NCBI RefSeq assembly: GCF_009914755.1
Contig: NC_060931.1
Strand: one strand, 5' to 3'
Source of the DNA: the human T2T-CHM13v2.0 reference genome, Homo sapiens
Length of the DNA: 64,000 nucleotides
A program made the position numbers and the translations under genes. Below the pieces are notes generated by a model, which was not told where the DNA came from, ran no database searches, and was given only the letters and a program-made list of their open reading frames with translations. Positions 1 through 22,250 of this stretch are shown piece by piece; the stretch's first letter is position 1; each line of letters starts with the position of its first letter.

Positions 1-41
1 CGCCTGTAGTCCCAGCTACTCTGGAGGCTGAGGCAGTGAGA

Positions 42-310
42 CTCCTGTGTCACCGGGGCTGGAGTGCAATGGCGCAATCTCGGCTCAATGCAACCTCCAC
101 ATCCCAGTTCAAGCGATTCTTGGGCCTCAGCCCCCTGAGTAGCTGAGATTATAGGTGCCAGCCACCACACCCAGCTAATTTTTTGTATATTTAGTAGAGA
201 CGGGGTTTCACCATCTTGGCTAGGCTGGTCTTGAACTCCTGACCTCGTGATCCACCCACCTTGGCCTCCCAAAGTGGTGGGATTACAACTGTGAGCCACT
301 GCACCCAGCC
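42..310 (-). mobile_element. Alu (S-type), fused tail-to-tail to a + strand Alu fragment at 1-41
   Basis: Reverse-complement Alu consensus (ggctggagtgcaatggcgcaatctcggctc...cccaaagtggtgggattaca); no poly(T) at the junction. Confidence 0.92.
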
Positions 311-1378
311 AAAAAATTTTTATTCCAAGTGTTTGACCTTAGGATTTTCTGGGCTTTTTTGGTCAGCCAGTGTATCTAGGTCAGGCATTTCAGATGTGGT
401 TTTGTCATACACCATGGGCCGTGTCCAGGCATCCATCAGCCCACACCTCTGTTTCTGGCCCACTGAATACACTCACATCTATACACAAAGTACCTACATA
501 GCATTCATGCTTCTCTTGTCGCCTCTCCAGTAAAATGTTCCAGCAAAAGACAGCAAGAGCCTGTGAGCACATCCCCACCACATACTTCCTTGGAATAAAG
601 TATCCTGACTCAGAGACAGACATGATGCACAGTAAATTATGTTCAGCCATCCCGTAGGATTTCAGCCACTGTAGCTCTCTGAAAAGACAGAATTTGTGTC
701 AAACGGTAACGAAGAGGGTATGTGTTTCCTCCGCATTTATAGAAGCTAAATCTATTTTTCCTTAAGGGTGAGGTCATAACCACAGTATTTGCAGCAATCC
801 CTTCCATCTCAGTAGACAACATGTTTTTCTGAAAATACATTCCACAGACCATGAGAGATGCAAGGTGGTCTCTAATAGAAGGCACTGGTGGTCAAGTAAG
901 TACAGATACTCTGCATACCATAGTGCCCTGTAGGAGATAGTCAACGCATAATAACAGAGTAAAGCCTCTGAGATTTTTCTGCAAGGGAAAAAAAAATCAC
1001 TTAATCTTGGGTAACTCTATACTTCCTCAATTTATATCACAGAACTCTTGACGCTTATTTCTCTTAAAACCAGTGTTCTATCAAATGGCCTTTGGGAAAC
1101 ACTGTTGTGGACTCTTAGATTTGTGAGCAAATCTAATTAACTTTATTTCAGACCTTGAAATGTGAGAAAGGGCTAATTGGTGTTGCATTTTCTTACCAAG
1201 CTGTCTCACAATGACTCTGCATCAGATTAAGCCAGAAGTGCGAGCATGTTCCTAAACAGCAGGGCAGAAAGCTTCACCAAAGCCTCCTGCTCATGATGAA
1301 GAAATATGATGTTCTTAACATTAGAATTGCAGATATGTTTTGCATAAGTGCATTCCAACCATATAACTTTACATTTAG

Positions 1379-1800
<422 letters not shown>

Positions 1801-1839
1801 AAGGCATTTGTTTTGAAAACAAATATAAAATCAAATTTC

Positions 1840-2267
1840 CCCAGGAAGGAGATGATGGAGAGGAGTTTTGAGGTATCATTAGAAGAGAATAAGATGAAGT
1901 GGGAAAAGGCATTCTGAAAGGGAAGCCTGGGATGTAGTGTCCCGCTATGGCTGGAGTGGGAACTGAGACTGGGAAGAAGGCAGCTGCTAGACCACAGGAA
2001 GATCTTGGTGCTAATTTAGGAGATTTGAACACCTTCCTATAAGAGGAGGCTTTGACAACTGTTATTAGGAGAGAAATGTGACCTGATTTCCATTTTAGAG
2101 CCTTCAACCTGGCTGCCTGGTAAGTTGAAAGTTGAGTTGGAAGAGATGCAGATTGGAATCAGGCAGACAGATTAGGAAGCTACTGCAATAGTCCATGCAA
2201 GAAATGGCAATAACCTGAACTGAGGCAGTGGCATAATGAAACTGGAGAGGAAGGGATGGATGGTAGG
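1840..2267 (-). mobile_element. L2 LINE fragment
   Basis: Minus-strand translation ATASVQVIAISCMDYCSSFLICLP resembles the L2 ORF2 C-terminal motif; interrupted by the THE1 LTR. Confidence 0.7.
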
Positions 2268-2623
2268 TGATATGGTTTCCCTGTGTCTCCACCCAAATCT
2301 CATCTTGAATTGTAATAATCCCCAGGTGTCAAGGGTGGGGCCATGTGGAGATAATTGAATCATGGGGGTGGTTTCCCCCATACTGTTCTCATGGTACTGA
2401 ATAAGTGTCATGAGATCTGATAGTTTTACAAATGGGAGTTCCCCCACACACGCTCTCTCTTGTCTGCCACCATGTAAGACGTCCCCTTGCTCGTCCTTTG
2501 TCTTCTGCCATGATTGTGAAGCCACCCCAGCCATGTAGAACTGAGTTCATTAAACCTCTTTCCTTTGTAAATTACCCAGTCTTGGGTATGTCTTTATTAG
2601 CAGCATGAAAACAGACTAATACA
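2268..2623 (+). mobile_element. THE1-family (ERVL-MaLR) solo LTR
   Basis: Starts TGATATGGTTT...CCACCCAAATCTCATCTTGAATTGTA and ends ACAGACTAATACA; near-TSD gtagg/gcagg. Confidence 0.9.
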
Positions 2624-2984
2624 GCAGGAGGTATCTGCTTGTCAGAAGGGTTGAAGGAGATATGGGCTAAATTCAGTGAGTGGATGGCTGCTATTGGCTC
2701 ACTTTCCTTTGCGTGTGTCAGTATAAGAGCTCTGCACTGGGATCAGGAAGCCCAGTGTCTCCTCCTGTGCTGCCACTGTTCGCCTTTTAGAACCATTCAC
2801 CTGCCAGGGTCAGGCTCTGCTTGGTAAAATAAGACAGAGCAGCTAACTCCCACCCCTGACATCCTGGTAACTCATTCTATGTCTTAATTAAGGTCCCTAT
2901 AAAATTAGAAATTATTGTATACTTGCCATTTTCTGCCTTCTTTATACATTGCTCTGATTCTCTATCACAGTCTAAAAACCTAAA

Positions 2985-4120
<1,136 letters not shown>

Positions 4121-4404
4121 ATATAGATATTTGAAAACATAACAATTTTTCCCACTAACTCTTTGAGAATGGAAACATTGGCTTATTTTATTTTTATCCC
4201 CCTCTTTGTTCTATATCCCAATCTGCATGCCTACTCCATGTCAAGACTAATATCATAAATGTTTTATTTAAAAAAATGGGTTTTGTTAAGTTTGAATAGA
4301 GAGGGTGGAAGGGTAACCTGTACTTTATTAAGTGAGGAGAACAAAGAGCATATAAATCTTTACAAGATTATGTTAGAGGTGTGAACAAACCTTTCTTTGT
4401 AATT

Positions 4405-4706
4405 TTATTTTTTAGAGATTGGGTCTTTCTCTGTCACCTAGGCTGGAGTGCTGTAGTGCAATCACAGCTCACTGCAACCTCAAACTCCTGGACACCAGCA
4501 ATCTTCCCACCTCAGCCTTCTGAGTATCTGGGACTACAGGCATGCACTACCGGGCTTGGCTAATTTTTATTTTTATTTTCTTGGAGATATTTTATTTCTT
4601 GCTATGTTGTCCAGACTGGTCTCAAACTCCTGGCCTCAAGTGATCCTCTCGTCTCAGCCTCCCAAAAATGCTGGAATTACAGGCTCAAGCTATGGCATCC
4701 AGCCCG
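4405..4706 (-). mobile_element. Alu (J-type)
   Basis: Diverged antisense Alu. Confidence 0.9.
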
Positions 4707-5163
4707 AGCTTTTTTTGTCTCAGTTTATGGATTGGCTGTGTATTATCAGGGTTGTCCAGTGAAACAAAATCAACAGGAGAGATACAGAGATGATAGACAG
4801 ATGGAGAGATAGTGAGATGGTCAGGAGATAGACAGACACATATCTATATAGATAGCAAAACTAAAATAAAATGTTGAGTGCTGTAGAGGAGATATGGGGG
4901 TGCTCAGAGCAGACAGTGAACAACTGCTCTGAGGACTGACAACACCCACAATGAGAAATGGCACATGGCCTCTCAGCCCATCACTTGACAGAGCCGTCTA
5001 TGTGCCCTACTCCCATCAGTCCATCTGAAATACCCAAGACTCATTGTTCCATTGCTCCCTAAAGATCTCTAGGCAAGATCATCACCTCTTACTTGTTGAA
5101 TCCAGTATCTATCAACCCCGGCTATATAATAGAATTACCTAGGGGAGCCTTAAGCTCATACTA

Positions 5164-5559
<396 letters not shown>

Positions 5560-5759
5560 CTAAGAGATGAACAGAATGCCCTAGAGAGCATGGCCCACAT
5601 CAGATGAGGGTTCAATGCTGGAATTTCTCTAATAAACTCCCATCTCAATCCTAATCTCACTGAGGAAGAACTGGAGTCTAGGCATCTGCTCTCTGAAGAG
5701 CACAATAGCAGAAACATCAGCACTATTCTTTCTTCTTCCTCTCCATGGTAGTCTGAAAA

Positions 5760-7235
<1,476 letters not shown>

Positions 7236-7285
7236 CTCCCCTCTGCAACCCTGGAAGAGCTATGCTTCTTAAAAAGTAGAGACAG

Positions 7286-7708
<423 letters not shown>

Positions 7709-8682
7709 TTAGGGCAGACTGGGCTCTTTAGATATCTAAAAGTAAGGCTGAGGGTTCTTTCTCTGGCCTCAGGTGCTCTCCTCTCATGCATGTGTAGATC
7801 AGGACTCAACCAGACTTCGGGAGACTCCACCACCTATCTCTGGAGTTCTGTGTACAACTCCTGCCTCTCTGGTACTCTGCGCCACAAATGATGGTGACCT
7901 TCCCTCCCCGCCAACCCCCATCTTGTCCTCTCAATTCTAAGATACCAGGCTCTATTTGGCTTCCCCATCCCTGCTCTGTAGCCTGAAAAGCAGCTCCAGA
8001 TAATAAATTGGGGAAACAGAGCTCAGTAAGTTTGTTTCCCACCTTTCAGTGACCACAGTCTTGCATTGCCTGTTACCTAATTCCTACAAATTGGTATTTC
8101 GTATATTGTCCAGTTTTCTAGTTGCTTAAAATAGCAAGGTAAATCCAGTCCTTGTTATTCCATCACTGCTGGACAGAATATATACTGTAAATCAAGTAAC
8201 AGTTTCTCAATTTTGTATCTTATTGTTATCGCTGTTTTGAGACAGGGTCTCACTCTCGCCCAGGCTGGAGTGCAGTGGCTCATAACTCACTGCAGCCTCA
8301 AACTCCTGGGCTCAAGGCATCCTCCCACATAAGCCTCCCAAAGCGCTGAGATTACAGGCATTTGCCAGCCACTACGCCCTCAATTTAGTATCTAAAGGCT
8401 TAGTCTTCATTCAGCTCTACCTCTTTATAATAGCAGACAATATTTTTCTTCCTTTTTTCTTAGAATTTGCTCTTCTTAGTTTGACACTAAACTCTTAATT
8501 TTCCTACCTCTTTGAGTATGATTTCTGATTCTTGAATCCTGAAAGTTCTAGGCAAGTTTAGGCAAGTTTCCAAAATCTTATTCTTGCCACATTTTCTTCT
8601 CCATCTGTGTAGGATCTCACCCTGTATAATTTCAACAAGTCCCACAAATTCATTCATGACCTCTTTTGCTGCTAACTCTTAA

Positions 8683-9094
<412 letters not shown>

Positions 9095-9925
9095 TATATA
9101 TGTACTTTTATACACATACAACCAGAGGAAAAAACAAAAGTTAATTCACTTAAAATGTTAAGAATGATGATCTATTTTATGGGTAACACTTTCCTGTATT
9201 TTCAATACACACACACACACACACACACACACGAAGCTATTTTTTAAGTCCCCATTTCTAGCTCATAACTCCAGCTGTTTTCACAGGCCAGAATGTCACA
9301 TTATTTTCAAAGCAAGTCACATATCTTCTGCCTAGAGCCTGCCTTTCTCCCTCTGTGCCAGTTAATGATACCCAGTCCTCCCATAAGCTTCAGAGTCATT
9401 TCAACTTGTTCTTCTGTTCCCACATCTTGTCAAAAAGCCTACTGGAAACAATGAATTTCAATCCATGAGAAACAACATTACTGCAGAAGGCTCTAGAATA
9501 ATAATCTCAAAGCAGCACTAAGAAGCTAGCAGAATGAAAAACCCCCTTTTTTCCAGGTCAGAGATGTGAGGACACTCTGCAAAGAGGAAGCCATGCCCTT
9601 GGCATAGAAGCAGCTTATTCCTGGGATAAAGAGGTGGATTTGGAAGAGTAGGCCAAAGTTGGACAATAAGCCAAGGGGGGAAACTGTGGAGCAGAGTCAA
9701 GAGGCTGGGGACTTGAGCCTGCATTTTGAGTGGCACCCAAAGATGACAAAAGGAGAAACATGTCATAAACCAGGCTTCAAATGGCGCTTTGGCAGAAAGT
9801 TGTTTTGCTGCCCAAACTGGCATTTAATATTGGTTGAAATGAATAAGACACGCCAGCCATCAACTTTTTACCATGTAATTAACCAGCTTGGAATAAGGTC
9901 TTTTTTTTACTTTAATGCTCTTTAG

Positions 9926-10085
9926 TATACATATGTAACAAATTGGCACATTGTGCACATGTACCCTAAAAAATATAATAACAATAAAATTTAAAAAAAG
10001 TAATAAAAATATTTATAAGCCTGTTAAATTATAAAATCATGAAACAAGAAAAAAAAAAAGAAAAAGGGTAAAAAACAAAGAAAGA
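9926..10085 (+). mobile_element. Severely 5'-truncated L1PA 3' end plus degenerate poly(A)
   Basis: tatacatatgtaacaaa..gcacattgtgcacatgtaccctaaaa is the L1PA terminal motif. Confidence 0.8.
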
Positions 10086-10109
10086 ACAGAATTAAAAAGT
10101 CACAAAATA

Positions 10110-10879
10110 GTATGGACCTTGAGAACATTCTGCTAAATGAAACAAACCAGTTACAAAAGGACAAACACTATATGATTCCACTTGCATTCGCTATCCAGAG
10201 TAGTCAAATTCATAGAAACAGAAAGTAGAATGGTGACCACCAAGGGTAGGGGAAGTATTAAGTACTTGTCTAATGTCTATGAAAAAGTTCTGGAGGCTGT
10301 TTGTACAACAATATGAATATACTTAACACTACTGAACTGTACCCTTAAATATGTTTAAGACGGTAAGTATTTTATCACAATTTAAAATTTTAAAAAATTT
10401 TAAGTCACAAATTAGTATAGAAAGTATCACCCAATTCTGCCTTCTGGCCACTCAGTTCCACTCCTCAGAGACAGCCAGTGTTAGTATATCTTCCCATCTT
10501 TCCAAATATATTCTAACTGTATCTAATATACTCTAACTTTATCTCAAAAGGCATATATATGCTTGCAAATATATGCCTTTTGAGATAAAACACACCCATA
10601 CACAAATAGTGACATACTACACATACTGTTCATGCACTTTGGTCTTTTCATTTAATATATCTTAGAGCCTTTTCTAAATTACTTCATATACAACTGCCTT
10701 ACTCGTTTCAAGAGCGCTACTAATTCACTGTATGACTATATCGATTATTTTACCAGTTCCCTACTTATGGGTAATTAAGTTTTATATGAACTTTTGTGCT
10801 TATAAACACAGTGATGAATACCTTTGTGCTATTTTTAACGGCCACATAGACAAGAGTGTGTGTGTGTGTGTATATATAT

Positions 10880-10929
<50 letters not shown>

Positions 10930-11800
10930 GTTATATGCCTAGGATGAAACTGTTAAAACGGAAATTAAGTGCATTCTTTATGTGTGACTGCATGTATGTA
11001 CACTATTTTTATTTACATAAAAATGTGTATTGATGTATAGCATACATTCAGAACAGTACATAATTCTAAAGTTCATAGCTTGATGAATTTTCCCAATATA
11101 ATCCTACCTAACACACAGATTTAAAAAAAAACAACACACAAGATTATAAGCCTCCAAAAGCCCCTTGTCTCAATCCAGTGTGAGCTCCCCAAGAGTAATA
11201 CTACCCTGACTTCTAACATCACAATTTTGTCTGTTTTTATACTTATATTTTTGTGCATGGCTCTTTTACCCAACATTATGTTTGTGAGTCATTCATATTA
11301 GGTGAATTGGAATTCATTCATTCCTATTGCTCTATAATATCCCATTGTGTAAATACATCACATCTTATCTAAACTTATCTATACTACACAAAATATGTGC
11401 ATTATTAAATTTTAATGGATATTATCCAATTGCTCTCCATAGAGTTTAGAATCTTACCATTAATATACGGAAGTAGCTATTTTCCTACACCTTAGCCAAC
11501 AGCTAATCAAACTTCTTCATCTTGGTTAATTGGATATTTTTTAAATGCTTTCAGTATAGTTTCAATTTGCTTTTCTCTTATACCGACTGAAAGAGAACCA
11601 TTTCATACATTTAGGAGCCACCTGTCATTCCTTTAAACTGTCTCTGAATGTGCCCACTTGTCTACTGAGTTGTTGGTCTTTTCTATCAGCAAGTGATCCT
11701 GCTTTTTAAAGGAAATTAGCCCTTTGAACATGCTGCATGGCAACTATTTTTTCCCAGTTTGTCAATGGAGTCCCAATTTTGTTTATACTAGTTTTTGCCA
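10110..11800. mobile_element. Old L1M fragments (a + strand 3' end, then - strand pieces) with a (TG)n(TA)n microsatellite at ~10855-10930
   Basis: ctatatgattccactt..., gaatatacttaacactactgaactgtac L1M 3' motifs. Confidence 0.6.
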
Positions 11801-11822
11801 AGTCTAGGTTGTCTGGCTTATG

Positions 11823-12196
<374 letters not shown>

Positions 12197-12583
12197 TGAT
12201 GAAGAATCATGAGAGAGAGGGAGGGAGGGAGGAAGGAAGGAAGATAGGAGAGGAACCTATTATACTGCTGATAGGAGTGTAAGCTGTTACAATCATTCCG
12301 GAAAATGCAATATATACCAAAACAAAACAAATATACATCCTATGACCCAGCAGTTCCACTCAATTCCAACAGAAAATGAGTATGTCCACCAAACATGTAC
12401 AAAATGTTTTTAGCAGTTTTATTCATTTTAGCCAAAATACAGAAACAACCAAAATTTCCATCAACAGTAAAACAGATAAAATGTGATAATTTAACACAAC
12501 ATAATCCTACACAATAAAAAAGAATTGCAATATACAACATAAATAAATCTCATAGACATGTTAAGCAAAAGAAGTGAGATAGT

Positions 12584-12950
<367 letters not shown>

Positions 12951-13250
12951 TCATCCAATACTGTTTACTGAAGAATTCCCTATTTTCATCACATATAACA
13001 CTGTTTACCACACAAAACATTTCTATAGATGAGGCTACTTCAGTGCTCTCAATTCTGTGTCAGTGATCTGAGGCTCAAATTGGTTTGCCTTCAACATACA
13101 CTTTAATATTTGACAGCACTAATACCCCCTTCATGAACAGATTTTCATAATTTTGGTGAAAAATTTCATTTTTGCTCTTTCATATAAACTTAAGAATCAA
13201 GTTTTGAAAAGCCTATTGAGATATTAATTGGGATTACTTTAAATTCACAA

Positions 13251-13252
<2 letters not shown>

Positions 13253-13289
<37 letters not shown>

Positions 13290-13438
13290 ATATATATATA
13301 TATATATATTTTTTTTTTTTTCAGAGATGGCTTCTCACTATATTGCCCAGGCTGGTCTCCAACTCCTGGCCTCAAGTGATCCTCCCACCTTGGCCTCCCA
13401 AAGTGCTGAATTATAGGCATGAGCCACTCTGCCTGGCC
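13253..13438 (-). repeat. (TG)n(TA)n microsatellite plus Alu monomer (FLAM-like)
   Basis: Microsatellite runs into poly(T) and a single antisense Alu arm. Confidence 0.85.
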
Positions 13439-13869
13439 TGTTTCACTAAATTTAAGACATTTTCAATGTAAGATGCACAGATATTTTAGGCCAATTGAAA
13501 GAGCTTAAAACTTAAACGCTTCTGTTTTCATATCACATCTGACTTGTGCTCATAATGAAAGGAAAGTTATGTAAAATAAATTGGTAAAGATGCTCCTAAT
13601 CTAACTTCATAATTACCACATGGCCAGAAGTACCAAGAAGATGTCATCAGTTTTAAGGCATACTTACCTTTAGAAATCATAAAAGATTAAAAAAAAGTGT
13701 CTTTCTAACAATATAAAATACGGCAACTTCGAGGGAATACTGACATCTTATAAATGTGATTGTTATCCTACTGAAGAACAAAATATGTTTTAGCATTTTT
13801 TAAATTCTTTTATGAGCTTCAGTGAAGTTTTGCAATATTTTTCAGGAATATCTTTCATTTTCTTGCTAA

Positions 13870-14010
<141 letters not shown>

Positions 14011-14353
14011 TGACCAGTTTACTTCTAAGTAGAATTTTTTCCTTCAAAAATTCTGTTTGGAAAATATGCAAATATAATTTATACAGAAAATTATATAACA
14101 ATATTGAGAAAAAAATTAAAGACAAAAACACATGGAGAAATAATGTTTATAATCAGAGGATTCAATGGTGTAAAGATTTCAAATTCCCATTATAGTAGGT
14201 GTAGCAAAAAAAAAAAAAAATCAATTCTTCCCAGACCGATTCAACACAATTCCAATCAAAATCCTAACAGGTATTCTTGTGGAACATCACAGCTGATTCT
14301 AAAATATATGTGGAAATGGACAGGGCCCAGGATATCAAGACATAAAACTAGAT

Positions 14354-15158
<805 letters not shown>

Positions 15159-15540
15159 TTAAATACAGTACTTAAGACAGTGGGTCACTGGCAAAGGACA
15201 GACAAATAGAAGACAGGAATAGAAGATCCAGGCAAATACAGGCAAATCCTTGTATACACAATCACCTGATTTATGACCAAGGTAGCTCTACTGAGCAGGA
15301 GGAGACGGCCTTTTCAATAAATGGAACTAAACATCATCACCATCGTGTCATCTAGGAAAACAAACTGACCCCATCTCACAACACACACAAAAATTCCAGA
15401 GATTGTTGATCTAAATGTGAAAGGCAAAACAGTAACAGAAAATAATATAGATTATCTTCACACCAGGATACAAAAACGTCTAATTACAAAGGAAAAGACA
15501 GAAACATTCAACTACATTAAAATTAAGAATTTCTGTTAAC

Positions 15541-17015
<1,475 letters not shown>

Positions 17016-18087
17016 TTTTCTGTTAGTGAAGAGATACCTCTAAGAGAATAAAAAGGAAAGGCTAGCCACTAGCTAGTGATAGGTATCTGCAACACAGTAT
17101 GTGGCAGGGAGGGGAGGGGATCAATATATTTATCCCTTATACAAACCAATAAAACAAAGAACACCTACCAGAAAATTAGCCAAAAGACTTAAATGAGCTC
17201 TTCATACAGAAGACATCCAAATGGCCAAAAAACATATAAAAGGCTGCTCAACCTCATTAGTAACCAGGGAAGTGCTTAAAACCAAAGTGGAGTGTTAACT
17301 AGTACAACCACTTTGGGAAACTGTTGACATTTCTAATAAACACTCACCTACCCCAAGACCCAAAAATCCACTCCTAGATATATACCCAAGAGAAATGAGT
17401 ATATATGAGAATGTTCATAGCAGCTTAATTCACAATAGCCAAAACCTAGAAACAATCAGTAAGAAAATGAATAAACAAAGAGTAATAAAATCACACAACA
17501 GAACTCAGCAAGAAAAAAAGAGTAACAGATACAGCCAACAACTTGGATAAAGTGCAAAAAAAAAAAATTTATGCTGGGCAAAAGAAGCCAGACATATAAT
17601 TGGGCTCCATACTCTCTGAGCCCAATTATATGAAGTTCAAAAACAGGCAAAATGCATGTATAGTGGCCGAAGTCAAAACAGTGTGGTTAGAATAGCAGCT
17701 TCTTTCTGGAAAGGAACATGAGAGAACTCTCTGGAGTGATGGAAATATTCTATATCTTCATCTGGGTAGTGATTAGATATTTATATGTAAAATATTTTTC
17801 AGGCTATACATTTTTACATTTTATTGTGTATGATACCTACCTCAATTACACCCAAAAACCCATTATGTACCTACCAGAATGGTTAATAAAATTTAACTGA
17901 TTGACAATTCTAAGCCTTGGCAAAGAGGTGGATAAACAGGAATGCTCACATATTGTTGGTAGGAATTTAAACTAGTGCAACCACTTTGGAAAATAATCTG
18001 GCATTACTGAGTAAAACTGAAGATACACAAAAATGTTTATAGCAGCAGTATTCATAATTGCTGCAAACTGGAGACAAATATCCATCA

Positions 18088-18765
<678 letters not shown>

Positions 18766-19139
18766 ACAGGTGAATCTCACAAAATGACACTGAGTGAAAG
18801 CAGCTGAGTAAAGAAAACAAACTAAATGGTTCCATTTATACGAAGTTCAAATAGCAAAACTAAACTACCAAGTTTGGGTGCGATGTTAGAAAAGTAAGAA
18901 AATGATTCTCATAAAAGTCAGGACAGATGTCACTTTTGAGAAGGAGGATGCATATAGTTGATTGGGGGAAGTTAAGGGAGGGCTTTCTGGAATGCTGGAA
19001 TTGGTCTATTTAATGACCTGAATGTTCGTGACAGGGTTATGCTTTGTGGATTACAACAACAAAAAGATGCACCGCTCAATGATTTTTCTGTGTGTATGTT
19101 ATAGCTCACAATAAAAGAAGGTTAAAAACAAACACTGAT

Positions 19140-19690
19140 ACCTGGTGGTTGATTGAATTTGGTGGGGGAGGGGAGGAGAGAGAAAGAATCATGGACAAGT
19201 CCCAGGTTTCTGACTTGCACAACTGCTTGGATGGTGATGCCTTTCACTGAGATAGCAAACAGCATTTTTGGAGGAAGAGTATGAAATATATCTTGGAAGT
19301 GCTGAATTTAGAATACTTTTGAGACATCCAAGTAGAGACGTCCAGTAGGCAATTAGATATTAGCAGATGGAGTACTCAACAGCAGAGGTTGGGGTAGAGA
19401 TACATGTTGGATTCACCCATGAGTGAGGCCACGGACATGGCTGTGACTGTTTAGGGAAAGAAGAATGACAGAAGGCCCTAGGGCTGATTGGTGGAACATC
19501 AATATTTAATGGCCAGATACAGGAGAATAAGCCAGTAAAAAAATAAAATAAAATAAAATAAAAAAATAAAAAAACAGAGTAATAGGAGGAAAATGAAGAA
19601 TTGTCATGAACCATTAAGCAAGAGGAAAGAGCGTCTCAAGAGTAAGAAGTCACTCTCTGCAGGTTGATGCGTAGTTAAGGGGGAAGGACA
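19140..19690 (-). mobile_element. L2 LINE fragment
   Basis: cccaggtttctgacttg..ggatggtgatgcc..ttcactgagat, gagacatccaagtagagacgtccagtaggca L2 motifs. Confidence 0.7.
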
Positions 19691-20926
19691 TGAATTATGT
19701 GTACTACTCAGCAGGCCAGGTTTTACTCCACCTCTTTCTGGCTGACTTGACACAATCAACAACCCAACAGAAAACCAATACTTCTGAGAATGGCTGCAAG
19801 TTTTTATGTGCTGTCTTCCGTGGTGAGAAGTCAAGGCTGAGCTCTTCCTTCTCCTGATTCTCAAGAAGGAGGAAGGCAGATGTGAGAACACTGATTGGGT
19901 CTGTGTGCTACTGGGCAGCATCACTGTTAAAAGTCAGCACACAGATGTGAGCTCACTTTTTGTGCTTCCATGTGACTGAAGTGGTTGAGAAGGCTGTACT
20001 CCCCGCCCTGCACCCCTTATACCCTCACAGTAAGGGACAGCCAAGGCCAAACCTACAGCTTGGGCAGAAGAAGCCAGGGCAGGTGTCCAAGGCCAGATCA
20101 GCAGTCAGCCAGGGCAAATGGGCTCACTCTGGTTACGTGACTTGGGGCAACTGACAGAAAGGAGTGAAATGTGGGGAAGATCTCAGTGTGTTTGAGAACT
20201 GGGGAGATGAAAAGGCTTCATCTCATGGCCTGCTTTAGTTTGAAACAATTTAAGCTTAACTAGATTCCAAAAAAACAGTATTTAGACCTGAACCAGCTGG
20301 GTTCATTCCAGTCCTCTACACTGGAGTTTGGTGCCTGAGTCCTAGTTAAGAATAAAATGTAGAGTCCTTTTGTTTTCCATTTGTCAGTGCAAATATTTCA
20401 TACAAATCTTTCTCCCAGGGACCCTGTAGACTTGAAAAGAGTGGCTATAGATTGGAGACAATTCTGATATTCCAGGGATCCCTGAACAGAATAAGAAATT
20501 ACTGTAAGTTCTCAATTTCTAGCACCACACACATAAATTGCATCTCTCTCTCACACACACACACATACACACACACACATACACAAGCAGGCTTACCTAC
20601 CTCTCAGAAAATTGCGCAGATTCAACAAGAAACAATAAATAGTAATCAATGTGTTCCTTAACGGCTGGTGAATAATAAATGTTAACTAAAACAAAAACAA
20701 TTTTTATTTTTAAATCCACTATCACCTCCCACCAAATATTTAAAGGATAAAGTCTAAACTGACAGAACAGCAAATTAGTACGGTCCTTTGGGAGGGAAAT
20801 CTGGTGATACATATTAGGAACCAATCCTGTTATTTGTTGCTTTTCTTTTTTATGACAGAAAAAAACCCAAAATTTAAAAAAGGCTAAGTTTTGTAAATCA
20901 TAGTACATTCTTAAAATTAACACTAT

Positions 20927-21228
20927 GGTCCAGGTGCAGTGGCTCACGCCTGTAATCCCAGCACTTTGGGAGGCCGAGGCGGGCAGATTACGATGTCAGG
21001 AGATCGAGACCATCCTGGCTAACATGGTGAAACCCCGTCTCCTTACTAAAAAAATACAAAAAAATTAGCCGGGCTTGGTGGCGGGCGCCTCTAGCCCCAG
21101 CTACTTGGGAGGCTGAGGCAGGAGAATGGCGTGGACCCAGGAGTCAGAGCTTGCAGCGAGCCAAGATTGCACCACTGCACTCCAGCCTGGGTGACAGAGC
21201 GAGACTCTGTCTCAAAAAAAAAAAAAAG
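20927..21228 (+). mobile_element. Alu (Y-like)
   Basis: gagatcgagaccatcctggctaaca, gaatggcgtg diagnostics. Confidence 0.93.
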
Positions 21229-21953
21229 AATACTATGTAAACACTTTAAAAATGAGATGCTTGTGTGAGAACCAACTTTGAAGGAGATGAAAAGTATTTA
21301 CAAATTATTCTATTGAGTGATAGCTAGTATTTGTCGAACACCTGTGTACTAGGGCTGTGCTGACTGCTTGTACAACTGCTGTTTAACTTTACAATAACCT
21401 TACAATGCAGGTGGCATACTAACCTCATTTAACACATAAAACAGAAGTGGAGGCTTAAGTTTATTATCTAGTATCACTGAGGGAGGACATAGCAGAATTA
21501 GGATTTAAAACCATCCAACCTTGATTTCAGAAACTACACTTCCACTCACTGTGCCAGTGTGTCATAAAGCATACATACTTTTGAAAAAATTATTTAATAC
21601 ACATCAGTGTTATATTTCTTTAATATACAGCAATGTACATAATATCAATGTTATGTATTTATCTAATATATATCAATGTATGAGTTCTCAGCTCTTATCA
21701 CTAAGGATTTTTGGATTTCTTTCGTAAATTTTAAGAAAACTGTTATGAATTAACAGTACAGATGATACAAACATATGGCAAAAGTAACAAGGAGGCACTC
21801 CAGTGACTGAAAGTTTAGAGAACAAAACTCTCACCTTCTCAAAAGGCACTTTCTTCTTTATATGCTGCAATATTGCATGAAATTTTCACAACAATTACAC
21901 ATTACCTCAAAGAGGTTTTTCAAAAAAAAAAAAACAACCCCTCCTGCAACATT

Positions 21954-22250
21954 CTTTTTTTTTTTTTTGAGACAGAGTCTTGCTCTGTTGCCCAGGCTGG
22001 AGCACAGTGGAGTGATTTCGGCTCACTGCAAGTTCCACCTCCCAGGTTCACGCCATTCTCCTGCCTCAGCCTCCTGAGTAGCTGGGACTACAGGCGCCCG
22101 CCACCACACCCAGCTAATTTTTTGTATTTTTAGTAGAGACAAGGTTTCACCATGTTAGCCAGGATGGTCTCAATCTCCTGACCTCATGATCTGCCTGCCT
22201 TGGCCACCCAAAGTGCTGGGATTACAGGCATGAGGCACTGTGCCCAGCCA
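21954..22250 (-). mobile_element. Alu (Y-like)
   Basis: ggttcacgccattctcc, ttagccaggatggtctc. Confidence 0.93.

Noticed and set aside
13660-13669. ATACTTACCT as the 5' end of a U1 snRNA copy
   Set aside because: The match stops after 10 nt; better read as a minus-strand splice donor (AG|GTAAGTAT).
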